Source of the DNA: Promethearchaeia archaeon
GTDB lineage: Archaea; Asgardarchaeota; Lokiarchaeia; Sigyniarchaeales; SOKP01
Length of the DNA stretch: 64,000 bases
Direction: 5' to 3'
Assembly: GCA_029856145.1 (NCBI GenBank)
Contig: JAHQWK010000022.1
Span: 1 to 64,000 of the forward strand
Below the pieces are notes generated by a model, which searched no databases, had not been told where the DNA came from, and saw only the letters and a program-made list of their open reading frames with translations. Shown piece after piece: positions 1-10,000 of this stretch (its first letter is position 1; every line of letters starts with the position of its first letter). The translations under genes and the position numbers were made by a program.

Positions 1-737
1 GCATATTCATATCCTTCATGAAGTATATAAAATCCTTTGTTTTCTTCTCCTAATATATAATGTTTAGGGATTTTTACATTATCTATAGCGAAACCACCAC
101 ATGAAATCCCCTCTCTACCTAAATCGTCTATATAGGTAGGAGTAATTCCTTCAGCTGTTAATGGTAAATAAAATGTAGTCATACCTCTTGTCCCACGCTC
201 AGGAGTTTGATGGGCAATTGTAATATGTCCGCCCCCATAATTTGCTGCCTCCCTTACTCCACTAATATACATTTTTTCACCGTTCACAACAAATCCATCT
301 CCATCTGGTTTTATTGTTGTCTTAGTAGCTCCTACATCGGAACCAGCATCACTTTCAGTTGTAGCTATTCCAAGGAACCATTCTCCTGAGACAGTTTTTG
401 GGAATATCTCTTGTTTAGCCTCTTCCGTTCCATATTTGTTTAAAAGAAAACCCCATGATGCAGGAACTAAGTAATAAACGCAAGTAGAACCAGTACAATC
501 TGCTTTTGCTAATTCTTCTGCGATAACACCAGCACTTACAGCATCTAAACCTGGACCACCGTATTTTTCAGACGCAGTACATGTCATAAGTCCTAATTCT
601 GCCATTCCTTTGATGACATCTCTTGGAATTTCTTTAGTTTCTTCCATTTGAAGTGCAATTGGGGCAATTTTACTCTGAGCAAATTCGCGAACACTTTGCT
701 TTATTAATTCTTGTTCTTCTGTAAACTTAAAACTCAT
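1..737 (-). CDS. Acyl-CoA dehydrogenase (3' end runs off window)
   Basis: Not in the ORF track. Manual translation from ATG at 737 gives MSFKFTEEQELIKQSVREFAQSKIAP...GIATTESDAGSD...VNGEKMYIS...LGEENKGF, which are typical ACAD motifs. The frame is open to the window edge. Confidence 0.9.
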   Translation of the reverse strand, partial: MSFKFTEEQELIKQSVREFAQSKIAPIALQMEETKEIPRDVIKGMAELGLMTCTASEKYGGPGLDAVSAGVIAEELAKADCTGSTCVYYLVPASWGFLLNKYGTEEAKQEIFPKTVSGEWFLGIATTESDAGSDVGATKTTIKPDGDGFVVNGEKMYISGVREAANYGGGHITIAHQTPERGTRGMTTFYLPLTAEGITPTYIDDLGREGISCGGFAIDNVKIPKHYILGEENKGFYILHEGYEY

Positions 738-886
738 ATTTCATACCTTATTGATAATTTTTTAAATATATACCTTTAAATTTCAAAAACCTCTTAAATT
801 TTATTGTTAAAATAATGCTCTCTACTATCGTAAAATAGACTCTTTAGATCATCGTAAAACTTATTAATTTAAGAAAAAGACTCAAG

Positions 887-988
887 AGCCTTTGGAGGGA
901 TTTGAACCCTCGATCGTGGCAGAAAGAATCTAAAGACTCTTCCAGTTGCCTTACGAGAGCAATGCTCTACCTACTAAGCTACAAAGGC
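887..988 (-). tRNA. tRNA-Thr(CGT) with 29-nt intron at position 44/45 (intron 916-944)
   Basis: Acceptor GCCTTTG/CAAAGGC, D arm GCTT..GAGC, anticodon arm TTGCT-CTCGTAA-GGCAA, T arm GAGGG-TTCAAAT-CCCTC. The extra 29 nt in the variable region form a hairpin flanked by a bulge-helix-bulge (GGCA/TGCC helix, ACT and ACG bulges). Confidence 0.93.
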
Positions 989-1165
989 TTAAATGTCAAT
1001 AAAAATATACAAATAAGAATATAAAATACTACAGAATCTAATTTTTTTTAATCTCGGATTTGACAGCTTTCGAATCTTCTTACAGTCTTCTCGAGTTAAT
1101 AAGCTCATGATTGAAATTTTACTTTAATTTATTAAATTATATAAAAATACTATTATTTAAATTTC

Positions 1166-1462
1166 TCAAGGTATGTGATGTGGACAATACCAGAAGAGTG
1201 AATCTGGATCTTGAACAAGATCTCCCATATGATTACCATAAAAAAAACAATTAATAGGGCTCCTATGTAAAGACATAGATAAATCGTGTCTTTGTTTAAG
1301 AATCTCAATCTCTTTTTGATCGTCAGTTGCAAAACTTAGTCTTTTTCTAAGTTCTAATTCCTTTTTCTTATATTCTAAAAGTAGAATTGATCTTAATCCA
1401 CTGCGAATCTTCCTTAATATTGGATCTTTCAATCTATGAGCTTTCAACTTGAGTCTTAACAT
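1166..1462 (-). CDS. Hypothetical protein (basic helical region, possibly degenerate C-terminal Zn-finger-like segment)
   Basis: 98-aa ORF ending in ...CFFYG...WYCPHH; no family recognised. Confidence 0.45.
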   Translation of the reverse strand: MLRLKLKAHRLKDPILRKIRSGLRSILLLEYKKKELELRKRLSFATDDQKEIEILKQRHDLSMSLHRSPINCFFYGNHMGDLVQDPDSLFWYCPHHIP

Positions 1463-1526
1463 TGATACTGTTTATATTGTTAATATAATAAAATGGGATG
1501 CGAGATTTAAGGAATATTAATTAAAT

Positions 1527-1934
1527 CTACCGTTCTACTATAGTAAATCCTGTTTTTTGTAAAATATTTACAGCTCCTTCTATTATCGAGTCTTCAACAC
1601 GTAAAATAAGCATTGATTCATCTTTAACTAAAGTAGAATAAAAATAATCAATATTAATCTCATTCTCTCCTAAAGTTTTTGGGATCTCATACAAAGCATT
1701 AGGATGATCATTCAGCCTTAGAGCAATAACCTCTGTTGTAGAAATGAGAAAATCTCTATTTTCTAATATATCAATACATTTTTCTGGATTATCAACTAAA
1801 AGCAAAATCAACCCATATTCACTTGTTTTAGCCACTGTCAAAGCTCGTATAAAAATCTTATTATCCATTAGAAGCTTTATGAAGTTTGCAAGCTCGCCTG
1901 GCCGATCTTCGAGATATACACTAAGCTGAATCAT
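1527..1934 (-). CDS. ACT-domain (tandem ACT) amino-acid-binding protein
   Basis: QLSVYLEDRPGELA...IRALTVA and second ACT segment GENEINIDYFYS. Start moved to the ATG at 1934 because the longer ORF overlaps the divergent gene. Confidence 0.85.
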   Translation of the reverse strand: MIQLSVYLEDRPGELANFIKLLMDNKIFIRALTVAKTSEYGLILLLVDNPEKCIDILENRDFLISTTEVIALRLNDHPNALYEIPKTLGENEINIDYFYSTLVKDESMLILRVEDSIIEGAVNILQKTGFTIVER

Positions 1935-2036
1935 TTTTAATATTTTTTTTGAAATTATATTGATGTTAAATTTTAATATTCCCTTTTTTTTAAACTTAGT
2001 AAGAAAATTATTATGAATAAGCGATTTTAATTTAAA

Positions 2037-2798
2037 ATGATGCTTAAGGATTTTTATGATAAACACAAAAATTTTTCTTTTAGAACGTTATCAGAGTATT
2101 ATTTATCTCCGGGAATAAGATGCAAGTTTGATACATTGAAAGATAATATTGGCAGTGATAGATCTTTTTTACGTGGAGTTGATCTTGGCTCATCTGGAAA
2201 TTCTATTCTCTCTTTTTTAGATAATATTAAACATAAATCTTTCTTAGATCTTGCCAGCCTTCCATTAAACCAATATAAAAATGATAATACATTCCATCCC
2301 TTATGTGGTGATCTCGTAAGATTACCCTATAGAGAAGAATCTTTTGATTTTGTGAGTGCTCTTGATGTTTTAGAACATATTAAGAATGATAAATTAGCAA
2401 TATTAGAAATAAGTAGGATTCTAAAGAAAAATGGAATAGTTATAATTACGGTTCCGCACCGGATGAGATATTACTCAACTCAAGATAAAATAATTGGACA
2501 TTTTAGAAGATATGAAATAAACCAAATTATCTCTCATTTCAATAAATTTAACCTAATGAATCTAAAAACCTTTGGTGTATATGGTAGATTGATGTTGATA
2601 GCAGATATTCAATCTACAAATCCAAAAAAAATAGAAGAGAATCTTATAAACTTGAGGAATAAATATGAATCAAATATGATTTTCCGAAAGTTTTGGAATA
2701 TTATAGTCAGAATTCTCTCTAAGTTCATGAAAATAGATGCTAAATATAGTTCTAAACATAGAGTGAGAAATTTAGGCTTAATATTTATAAAGAAATAA
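2037..2798 (+). CDS. Class I SAM-dependent methyltransferase
   Basis: VDLGSSG motif I, GDLVRLPYREESFDFV, LDVLEHI, ILKKNG. Confidence 0.88.
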   Translation: MMLKDFYDKHKNFSFRTLSEYYLSPGIRCKFDTLKDNIGSDRSFLRGVDLGSSGNSILSFLDNIKHKSFLDLASLPLNQYKNDNTFHPLCGDLVRLPYREESFDFVSALDVLEHIKNDKLAILEISRILKKNGIVIITVPHRMRYYSTQDKIIGHFRRYEINQIISHFNKFNLMNLKTFGVYGRLMLIADIQSTNPKKIEENLINLRNKYESNMIFRKFWNIIVRILSKFMKIDAKYSSKHRVRNLGLIFIKK

Positions 2799-2817
2799 GG
2801 TTTTATTCAGAAATCTC

Positions 2818-3213
2818 TTACGAACTTTCTTTTTTCAATTTTTCGAAAAGCTGTTTGTATTCTTCGATATATTTCTCATCATTAGTTTTTTCAATCTTTT
2901 TGAGAAGAACTATTGATTTTGTTAAAATCTCAGATTTTTTTTTGATTTTTTCATAAAATATTATCTTTTGTTCTTGTGAATCCTCCAATTTTAATTTATC
3001 TTCATACTCTTTAATAGAAGTTTTGATTTCTTTCTGAGATTCAATAACAGAGGATGTTAATTGTTTTTTTCTTTGTTCTAATTTAACACAATTATCACAA
3101 ATTAATTCACCCGACTTTAGTTGATCACTTTTAATCATAAAAGGATTTCCACAACGAGCACAAGGTACTAGCTTTAAAACAAATTTGTCGTTGTTAGAAT
3201 CGGGCATGTTCAT
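2818..3213 (-). CDS. Zn-ribbon plus coiled-coil hypothetical protein
   Basis: CARC...CDNC followed by a long charged helical region. Confidence 0.7.
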   Translation of the reverse strand: MNMPDSNNDKFVLKLVPCARCGNPFMIKSDQLKSGELICDNCVKLEQRKKQLTSSVIESQKEIKTSIKEYEDKLKLEDSQEQKIIFYEKIKKKSEILTKSIVLLKKIEKTNDEKYIEEYKQLFEKLKKESS

Positions 3214-3340
3214 GTTGGAAGTGAATTTAATTTTATAATAATTTATGTATAATTATAATCTTATATTAATAATATATTCTTATTCAATTTAATCCTCAAA
3301 TTTTAGAAAACTAATAATAACTAAAGATATTTCACATTAT

Positions 3341-4138
3341 ATGGATACTGTCGTAGTTATAATATTACTTTTATTTGGTTTATTATTCGGAACTATTAGT
3401 TCTCTAGCGGGCATAGGAGGAGGCGGTTTCTATATGAGTCTTATGATCTTATTACTTGCTATTCCTATTAATGAAGCTCGTGATACATCATCTTTCATTA
3501 TTGTCATTTTTTCTGGTGTAACTTTTATAAACTATTTTAGACAAGGGAAGGTTGACATTAAACTTTCTTTAATATTTGCAGGTTTTGCTTTATTAGGAGG
3601 TATAACATCAACTCTTTTCTTTATTGCATTTCCAATTGATAATACAATTTTAAAAATAGTAATTGCTTCAGTAATACTTGCCTCAGGATTAAATATGATA
3701 CGAAAAGCCTTAAAAACATTTAACTCCCAGAGGTTTAACAATGACAAACAAGAATTTGGTTTCTCATTTGAAACTTTTGAACATAGCTCCAACTTAAACA
3801 AAGGAATTCCTCTATTTTTCTTAGCAGGTTTTATTGCATATTTAACGGGAATAGGGGGTGGAATGCTATTTGTGCCCACTCTTAGTATTATTTTTGAAAT
3901 CCCAATACATTTTGCCACCGCAATATCAAGTGTGATGATATTTTTCATTGGAATTTATAATGCTACGGTGAAAATATTTATTGGAGAAATTCATTATATA
4001 GGGGGCATTTTAATTGCTATTGGAGCTATATTCGGTTCAATAGTAGGGACAAAAGTTTCTGGAAAAATGCCTAAAAGCCACTTACAATTTCTTGTTGCGA
4101 TAGTATTGATGGCATTAGCTATTAGAATGTATTTTTAG
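3341..4138 (+). CDS. TauE/SafE (TSUP) family exporter
   Basis: Two repeats of the GIGGG motif and about 8 TM helices. Confidence 0.9.
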   Translation: MDTVVVIILLLFGLLFGTISSLAGIGGGGFYMSLMILLLAIPINEARDTSSFIIVIFSGVTFINYFRQGKVDIKLSLIFAGFALLGGITSTLFFIAFPIDNTILKIVIASVILASGLNMIRKALKTFNSQRFNNDKQEFGFSFETFEHSSNLNKGIPLFFLAGFIAYLTGIGGGMLFVPTLSIIFEIPIHFATAISSVMIFFIGIYNATVKIFIGEIHYIGGILIAIGAIFGSIVGTKVSGKMPKSHLQFLVAIVLMALAIRMYF

Positions 4139-4245
4139 GATTTGAGTGTTAAAAAATTTATAAATTTTGAATCTTAAATGTTAATTGAAGACTATATAAA
4201 ATTACTATTTCTAAACTAAAATATTTCTAAAAATAGGTAAAGAGA

Positions 4246-4476
4246 ATGGTACAAGTAAAAGATATTGAAAAGCTTATGGATGATTTTATGATAGAACCAG
4301 ATGATACATTTATCGATATAAAACGTTATCTTCTAACCGAATTTGATTGGAAAGTAGATCCTCTGAAGAAATCTCAATTCATGATTAGAGGGATTCCTAT
4401 AGAAGATGATAGAAAATTAAGTGATATTTTAAATTCATTTTTACCCGATGAGGTCATTAATCTTAAAGAAATTTAA
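4246..4476 (+). CDS. Putative ubiquitin-like (beta-grasp) protein lacking C-terminal GG
   Basis: 76 aa. IEPDDTFIDIK resembles ubiquitin VEPSDTIENVK, and QFMIRGIPIEDDRKLSDI resembles QRLIFAGKQLEDGRTLSDY. Confidence 0.6.
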   Translation: MVQVKDIEKLMDDFMIEPDDTFIDIKRYLLTEFDWKVDPLKKSQFMIRGIPIEDDRKLSDILNSFLPDEVINLKEI

Positions 4477-4546
4477 ATATGAAAAGTTAATTTAATCTAA
4501 TTTTTTATTAATAATTGTTTTGATATCAAAATAAATTAAACACCTT

Positions 4547-5647
4547 GTGGTGGAATTAATTAAAACTGAAAATAAACGTGAAATTTTTATTAGCAATCAA
4601 ATAAAAAAATTTGCTATAAATGGTCTTTATGGATTTAATACAATTATTTTAATTGGAATGGGTAGACGTTTAGGTATTTTTAATTACTTATATGAAAAAG
4701 CCAAATCATCAACTAGTTCTGGTAAAAATACGGAAGTGACTTTTACACCATTTGAACTCTCTGAAATCCTAAATTTGGATTTTAAATATTTAGATGGTTG
4801 GATTCATTTGGCACTTGAATGTGGTATAATTGTGATCGCAAATTCTGAAAAGAAAATTTTGAAAACAGCTCCTTATGTATATGATTTACTTATAGACCGA
4901 AATAATGAGTCTTATATTGGGGGGACACTCGGTGCGTTCTATTATATGGCTCCAGCTCAGGATATTTTAATAGAAAATTTTAAAACAGGTAAAATATGGA
5001 GTATATTGGATTTACCTGGAGATATTGTGAAAGACCTACAAGAACGAGGAGCAAGGTTTGGAACTTTAGTAGAAAGATTGTTTTCTAAAAAATATGAGAA
5101 TTTCTGTAAAAATATACAAAAAAGAGGTACTATTTTTGAACTAGGATGTGGTTATGGATTTAATCTTGAAACATGGGCAAAAAAGTATGAAAAAGCAAGA
5201 TTTGTAGGGATTGATATCGATCATATTGCTATAGCACATGCAAAAAAATTAATAGATAAAAATAATTGGAATGAAAGGATTGAAATTTTTGAAACAAAAA
5301 TTGATGAATTTACCCGTTCCTTTAAGGAGAAATTTGATTTGATTATATTAAATCAGGTTCTCCACGAAATGAATACTGATAAGAATTATCGAAAAGGTGT
5401 ATTTAAAAATCTATATTCCTTATTGAAGGATGACGGGATTTTACTTATTGGAGAAAGTATGATTCCTGATACTTTTGCTCCAAAAAAGAAATTTCAACTT
5501 TTTGATATCACACATAAGTTTACAGAAGTAAAGGCTTCGCTGTTTTATGATGAAAAAAGCTTCAAAGAATTTATTGACTCAACACCCTTTACAAGAGCGG
5601 AATTTGTAAAAGAGGGGGGCAATAGTATTTGGGTAATTAGAAAGTGA
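4547..5647 (+). CDS. SAM-dependent methyltransferase with N-terminal winged-helix domain
   Basis: GRRLGIF...ELSEILNLDFKYLDGW wHTH-like segment; FELGCGYG, VGIDID, LHEM, LKDDG. Confidence 0.88.
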   Translation: MVELIKTENKREIFISNQIKKFAINGLYGFNTIILIGMGRRLGIFNYLYEKAKSSTSSGKNTEVTFTPFELSEILNLDFKYLDGWIHLALECGIIVIANSEKKILKTAPYVYDLLIDRNNESYIGGTLGAFYYMAPAQDILIENFKTGKIWSILDLPGDIVKDLQERGARFGTLVERLFSKKYENFCKNIQKRGTIFELGCGYGFNLETWAKKYEKARFVGIDIDHIAIAHAKKLIDKNNWNERIEIFETKIDEFTRSFKEKFDLIILNQVLHEMNTDKNYRKGVFKNLYSLLKDDGILLIGESMIPDTFAPKKKFQLFDITHKFTEVKASLFYDEKSFKEFIDSTPFTRAEFVKEGGNSIWVIRK

Positions 5648-5837
5648 AAATTTGGATTAAAAGATATTAAACAGTAAAAACTCAAAAGGTATTAAATTTT
5701 TTTTTTTTCTAATTTTATTTATTAAATAATGTGTTTATTAAGGATAAATTTAATATGAATAATCTAAAAAATCTTAAATTTCTTTAATAATATTAAAATT
5801 TAACTTAATATCCTAATTTTGAAAGTGACCTTGTTAT

Positions 5838-6653
5838 ATGAGTAAAGGATTTAGACTACTTCGTTTAGAATATATATTTTCTGTTCTTATTCCTTGTTTA
5901 TTATGTATTTATTTGAATGGCTATGATATTATCGCAAATTTATGGATATTAGCAGGATTCGGATTTTATGCTATAACGGGAAATACTCTTAATGATGCAA
6001 TAGACATGAAAGATCCTAATGAAAAAGAAACTCTAAAAAGGGTTAAAGGATACAACAGAAAAGAAATATTAGTTCTTGCTATCGCAAGTTTTTTGTTAGG
6101 AACTATGTGTTTTATGAATCCTATTTTAATTAATCCTATCCTTGGAGTCTATTTAGCAATTATAGTATTTATGGTAATATTCTATTGCCTATTCAAATCT
6201 CTTGTAATAATTAATCACATTATTTTGGGTGTTTCTCATATAATTCTACCATATTTTATGATTAAGATTAATGGTGGAGATGTTTTCATGAATGTTTTTC
6301 CAAATATGGAATTAAATGAATCTCTGATATTAGCAGCTATAATAGCTGTAGCATTTACAGGACAAATGGTTCATGAAATGATTGATGGAGATTCATTAGC
6401 CAAGTTAAAACCAAAAACATCTCGATTGGTAATTTGGGTCGCTTGTATAATTTCATTGAGTATATCAATAATTTCATTTATTATTACACTAGAAATAATA
6501 TTCTTACCGATTGTCTTTTTCCCTTTAGGGATAATGTATATTTATAGAAAACCTCGAACTGATTTAATGGGAAGAACTTCATTAAAAGACATAGGAATTA
6601 TCTTAGGAAATCTTATGCTTTTTTATTTATTAATTTTAATTATAGCTCCATAA
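5838..6653 (+). CDS. UbiA-family prenyltransferase-like membrane protein
   Basis: Asp-rich NDAIDMKD motif, second HEMIDGD motif, multiple TM helices. Confidence 0.7.
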   Translation: MSKGFRLLRLEYIFSVLIPCLLCIYLNGYDIIANLWILAGFGFYAITGNTLNDAIDMKDPNEKETLKRVKGYNRKEILVLAIASFLLGTMCFMNPILINPILGVYLAIIVFMVIFYCLFKSLVIINHIILGVSHIILPYFMIKINGGDVFMNVFPNMELNESLILAAIIAVAFTGQMVHEMIDGDSLAKLKPKTSRLVIWVACIISLSISIISFIITLEIIFLPIVFFPLGIMYIYRKPRTDLMGRTSLKDIGIILGNLMLFYLLILIIAP

Positions 6654-6767
6654 AGAATAACAATGAATTTCATTTAGATTTAAAAGTTTATATTTATTTC
6701 AGTAGATATAATATAAAGGGATATTAATTTCTAAAAAAACCAAAATAGTATTTGGCGCATTCTGAAA

Positions 6768-8039
6768 ATGGCTAAAATTGAACCAATTGATTTATCTTTT
6801 TTTACTGCTTTTAATGAAGAGGGTTGTACTTTATGTGGAGATTGTTTTCATAAGTGTCCAGTAATGCAACTACCTAGGGATCTTGCTGTTGAAGAAATGA
6901 AGAAATTAATTGCTGGAGAGAAAACTAAAAAAGTCTTAAATAAGTGTCAAAGTTGTTTTTCATGTAATTTTTATTGTCCTGAAGATGCTCATCCTGCCAG
7001 TCTTATCTTACTGCGGTGGAATGAACAATATAAGAAAATAGGCTTGCGAAAAAGAGGAAAATATTTCATGACACTTTACCCTCATTATCCAAATTTTCGA
7101 TCGTATGTTATGGAGCATTTACCCAAGAAAACACAAGAGATTGTTAGGGAATGGGCTTCATTAGAACCACTAAAGGAAGATACTTTAACATATCCAGGTT
7201 GTAATGTAATTACATTTGCAGAACTTACTCAAACAAGTTTTTTCAAAGATTTAGATATAAGAGGAAGATTAGAATATTGTTGTGGTGAAACTTTATTTCG
7301 AACAGGATACAGAAATGAGCTTTTCCAAGTTACTAAAAGATTAGATAAATGGTTTAATACTTTAAAACCAAAGAAACTACTTGTTCTCTGTACTGCTGGC
7401 ACAAATGTCTTCAAAAATGTACTCCCTCATTATGGATTAACATATGAATTTGAAGAAATAAAGTCATATATTCAATTTTTATGGGATAAAATGAAGAATG
7501 GAGAAATTAAAATCAAGCAAAAATTAGGGATGACAGTAACGATACAAGACTCTTGTTATTCTAAGATGTTCGGAGAAGAATATATGGATTTACCTCGTAA
7601 GATTTTAAACGCTATAGGGATTAAAATTATCGAAACTGAGTCATGTAGAGAGAATATGAGATGTTGTGGAATAGGTGCAGGTTTTTCAGTAGATTCTGCC
7701 TATCACCCATTTAAACAAAGATCATCAGCTCTAAGAAATTTTAAAGATTTTAAAAAGACAAAAGCTGATGCGGTATGTGTATATTGTGCGGGATGTTTAG
7801 CAGAATTTATGACAAATAAGAAATTATATTTTAGAAAGCTTAAAGTTTATCATATAATTGAGTTATTACAAATGGCAATTGGAGAAAAACCATCTTTAAC
7901 AAAAGAAGCCAAAAAGAAGAGAGGTAAACATATCTTTTGGGGAATTATTCGAAAGCAAGTCCCCAAAATTTTATCAAAAAAGACTTTTAGATTAGCTGAA
8001 ATTCCTGAGGACCCCCCTAATTATAAGGAGGCATGGTAA
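6768..8039 (+). CDS. Fe-S oxidoreductase (two 4Fe-4S motifs plus CCG domains; HdrD/GlpC-like)
   Basis: CTLCGDCFHKCP, CQSCFSCNFYCP, YPGC, YCCG, QDSC, RCCG, YCAGC. Confidence 0.9.
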   Translation: MAKIEPIDLSFFTAFNEEGCTLCGDCFHKCPVMQLPRDLAVEEMKKLIAGEKTKKVLNKCQSCFSCNFYCPEDAHPASLILLRWNEQYKKIGLRKRGKYFMTLYPHYPNFRSYVMEHLPKKTQEIVREWASLEPLKEDTLTYPGCNVITFAELTQTSFFKDLDIRGRLEYCCGETLFRTGYRNELFQVTKRLDKWFNTLKPKKLLVLCTAGTNVFKNVLPHYGLTYEFEEIKSYIQFLWDKMKNGEIKIKQKLGMTVTIQDSCYSKMFGEEYMDLPRKILNAIGIKIIETESCRENMRCCGIGAGFSVDSAYHPFKQRSSALRNFKDFKKTKADAVCVYCAGCLAEFMTNKKLYFRKLKVYHIIELLQMAIGEKPSLTKEAKKKRGKHIFWGIIRKQVPKILSKKTFRLAEIPEDPPNYKEAW

Positions 8040-9403
8040 AGATGAACAAATCTAAAAGAATTTCGGGTTTTAGAGAAGATCTATGTAATTTGTGTGGTGA
8101 GTGCCTTCATTTATGTCCAGTTTTAAAATTACCTATTGATGAAGCAAAAGAGGAAGTTAAGAATTTAATTGCAGGAAAAGAATCTAGGTATGCACTCACT
8201 CGATGCAATACTTGTTTTTCATGTAATTTATATTGTCCTCAACATGCGAATCCATATAATTTGATTCTTGAACGATGGAATGATTTATATAAAACTCGAG
8301 GGGCACCTCCGTTATATCGCTTTGTTTGCCCTACGGAACAATCTAATATTTGGCAACTTCTCAATGTTTTTTTATCAAATCAGGAAAGAAAATGGATTTA
8401 TAAATGGATGAATTATGTCCCAAAACCAAATGACACACCATTAATGATTGGAAATTATACTCATCTATTTCCATTTATACTCGGGGGAAGCAAATTATTG
8501 GATTACTTTAAGCCTATTGATAGGATTGACCAATGGGAAGGTGCCGCTTATTTATACCAAGGAGGATATTTAGATCTTGTTCAAAGGATCGCTCAAAGAA
8601 CAAAGAATGATTTTGACAGTTGGGGCGTTAAAAAGGTTGTTGCTTGTTTAGATGCTGTTGATTATATATTTAATGAAGTTCATCCTAAAGAAATGGGAGT
8701 AGAGCATGCTCAAGATTTTGTCAATTTTAACCAATGGCTATTAGGTAATATTAATTCTGGTGAAATTCAGTTAAAAAATCAGTTAAATATGGATGTAACC
8801 GTTCATGATAATTGTTATTCTAAAACATTAGGTGGTGCTTATTGGGAGGTTCCTCGAGAATTATTAAAAAAATCCGGATGTCATATTATTGAAATGAAAC
8901 ATAATAGAAAGGATTCACTCTGTTGTGGATTTGGTGCAGGAGCATCATGGGTAAAAAATATTTCAATAATATTTGATATCATATCTCAAGGTTTTAAAAA
9001 ATTCAAAGAAGCCGAAGAAACAGGAGCAAAAGCGTTAATATCTTATTGTGGGGGTTGCATTTATTTATTATGGGCTGCAAAAGAGTTAAAAAGAAGTAAG
9101 ATTGATATTTTTCACCTTATCGAAATTATTAGGATGGCGATGGGAGAAGAATTAAATTATCCTTATGATCATAAAAGAAGAGCATGGGATATAATAGCTA
9201 TTATGACTTATTCTTTATTTCTTTCTATTATTAGGAAAAATTTCTTCATATCTAAGATTACATATGATAAAGAATTAAGTACATTCAAGCCAAAGAAATA
9301 TAGATTACTAACATTAATACGATATACATTTAATCTTTCACTAATTAGATATGTTTTTTCAAAATGTTTCCTAATATTAATGAAGATACTAAAAACAAGG
9401 TAA
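8033..9403 (+). CDS. Fe-S oxidoreductase paralog (HdrD/GlpC-like)
   Basis: CNLCGECLHLCP, CNTCFSCNLYCP, HDNC, LCCG, YCGGC; overlaps the upstream paralog by 7 nt. Confidence 0.9.
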   Translation: MVKMNKSKRISGFREDLCNLCGECLHLCPVLKLPIDEAKEEVKNLIAGKESRYALTRCNTCFSCNLYCPQHANPYNLILERWNDLYKTRGAPPLYRFVCPTEQSNIWQLLNVFLSNQERKWIYKWMNYVPKPNDTPLMIGNYTHLFPFILGGSKLLDYFKPIDRIDQWEGAAYLYQGGYLDLVQRIAQRTKNDFDSWGVKKVVACLDAVDYIFNEVHPKEMGVEHAQDFVNFNQWLLGNINSGEIQLKNQLNMDVTVHDNCYSKTLGGAYWEVPRELLKKSGCHIIEMKHNRKDSLCCGFGAGASWVKNISIIFDIISQGFKKFKEAEETGAKALISYCGGCIYLLWAAKELKRSKIDIFHLIEIIRMAMGEELNYPYDHKRRAWDIIAIMTYSLFLSIIRKNFFISKITYDKELSTFKPKKYRLLTLIRYTFNLSLIRYVFSKCFLILMKILKTR

Positions 9404-9415
9404 ATTTTTAGCTCT

Positions 9416-9982
9416 ATGTCTAATAACACATTCATATTTTTAAGGCACGCCGAGACTAAAGTTGATAGCAATATCAAAATATCTCATTGGATACTCACAA
9501 AAAAAGGTAAAAACGATGCTTTTAACATTTCAAAATTAAAATTATTTGATGATGTTGATATCATAATATCTTCAAACGAGGATAAAGCATATCAGACAGC
9601 GTACCCTTTATCAGAAAAACTTCATAAGGAAATAATTCGAGATGAGAACTTAAATGAGATTATTAGAGATCATGGAAGATTTATAAAAAATAAAGAGGAA
9701 TACCTCAAGAATATGAAACTCTGTGTGGAAAATAGGAATCAAAGGTTTAATAATTGGGAAACGGGTAATCACGCATTAGAACGATTTTCCAAAAGAATCG
9801 AAGAAATTGATTCAAAATATTCTAATAAGAAGATCTTAATTGCTGCACATGGAGGAGTAATAAATCTCTACTTTGCTAAAATCTTGGGAGAATTAGACAA
9901 AATATTTGAAAGAATGTTAACTAATACATTTTGTGATTATGGAATAATTCAAAATGGGAAAGTATTAAAAGATATTGCGTAA
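9416..9982 (+). CDS. Histidine phosphatase (phosphoglycerate mutase-like) family protein
   Basis: FLRHAET, LNE and AHGG motifs. Confidence 0.88.
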   Translation: MSNNTFIFLRHAETKVDSNIKISHWILTKKGKNDAFNISKLKLFDDVDIIISSNEDKAYQTAYPLSEKLHKEIIRDENLNEIIRDHGRFIKNKEEYLKNMKLCVENRNQRFNNWETGNHALERFSKRIEEIDSKYSNKKILIAAHGGVINLYFAKILGELDKIFERMLTNTFCDYGIIQNGKVLKDIA

Positions 9983-10000
9983 ATTTAATCTTGATATTGG

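Noticed and set aside
207-389. 60-aa plus-strand ORF
   Set aside because: Antisense shadow of the acyl-CoA dehydrogenase on the minus strand.
1935-2066. N-terminal 44 codons of the 179-aa ORF
   Set aside because: Low-complexity AT-rich intergenic sequence overlapping the divergent methyltransferase; the ACT domain starts at 1934.
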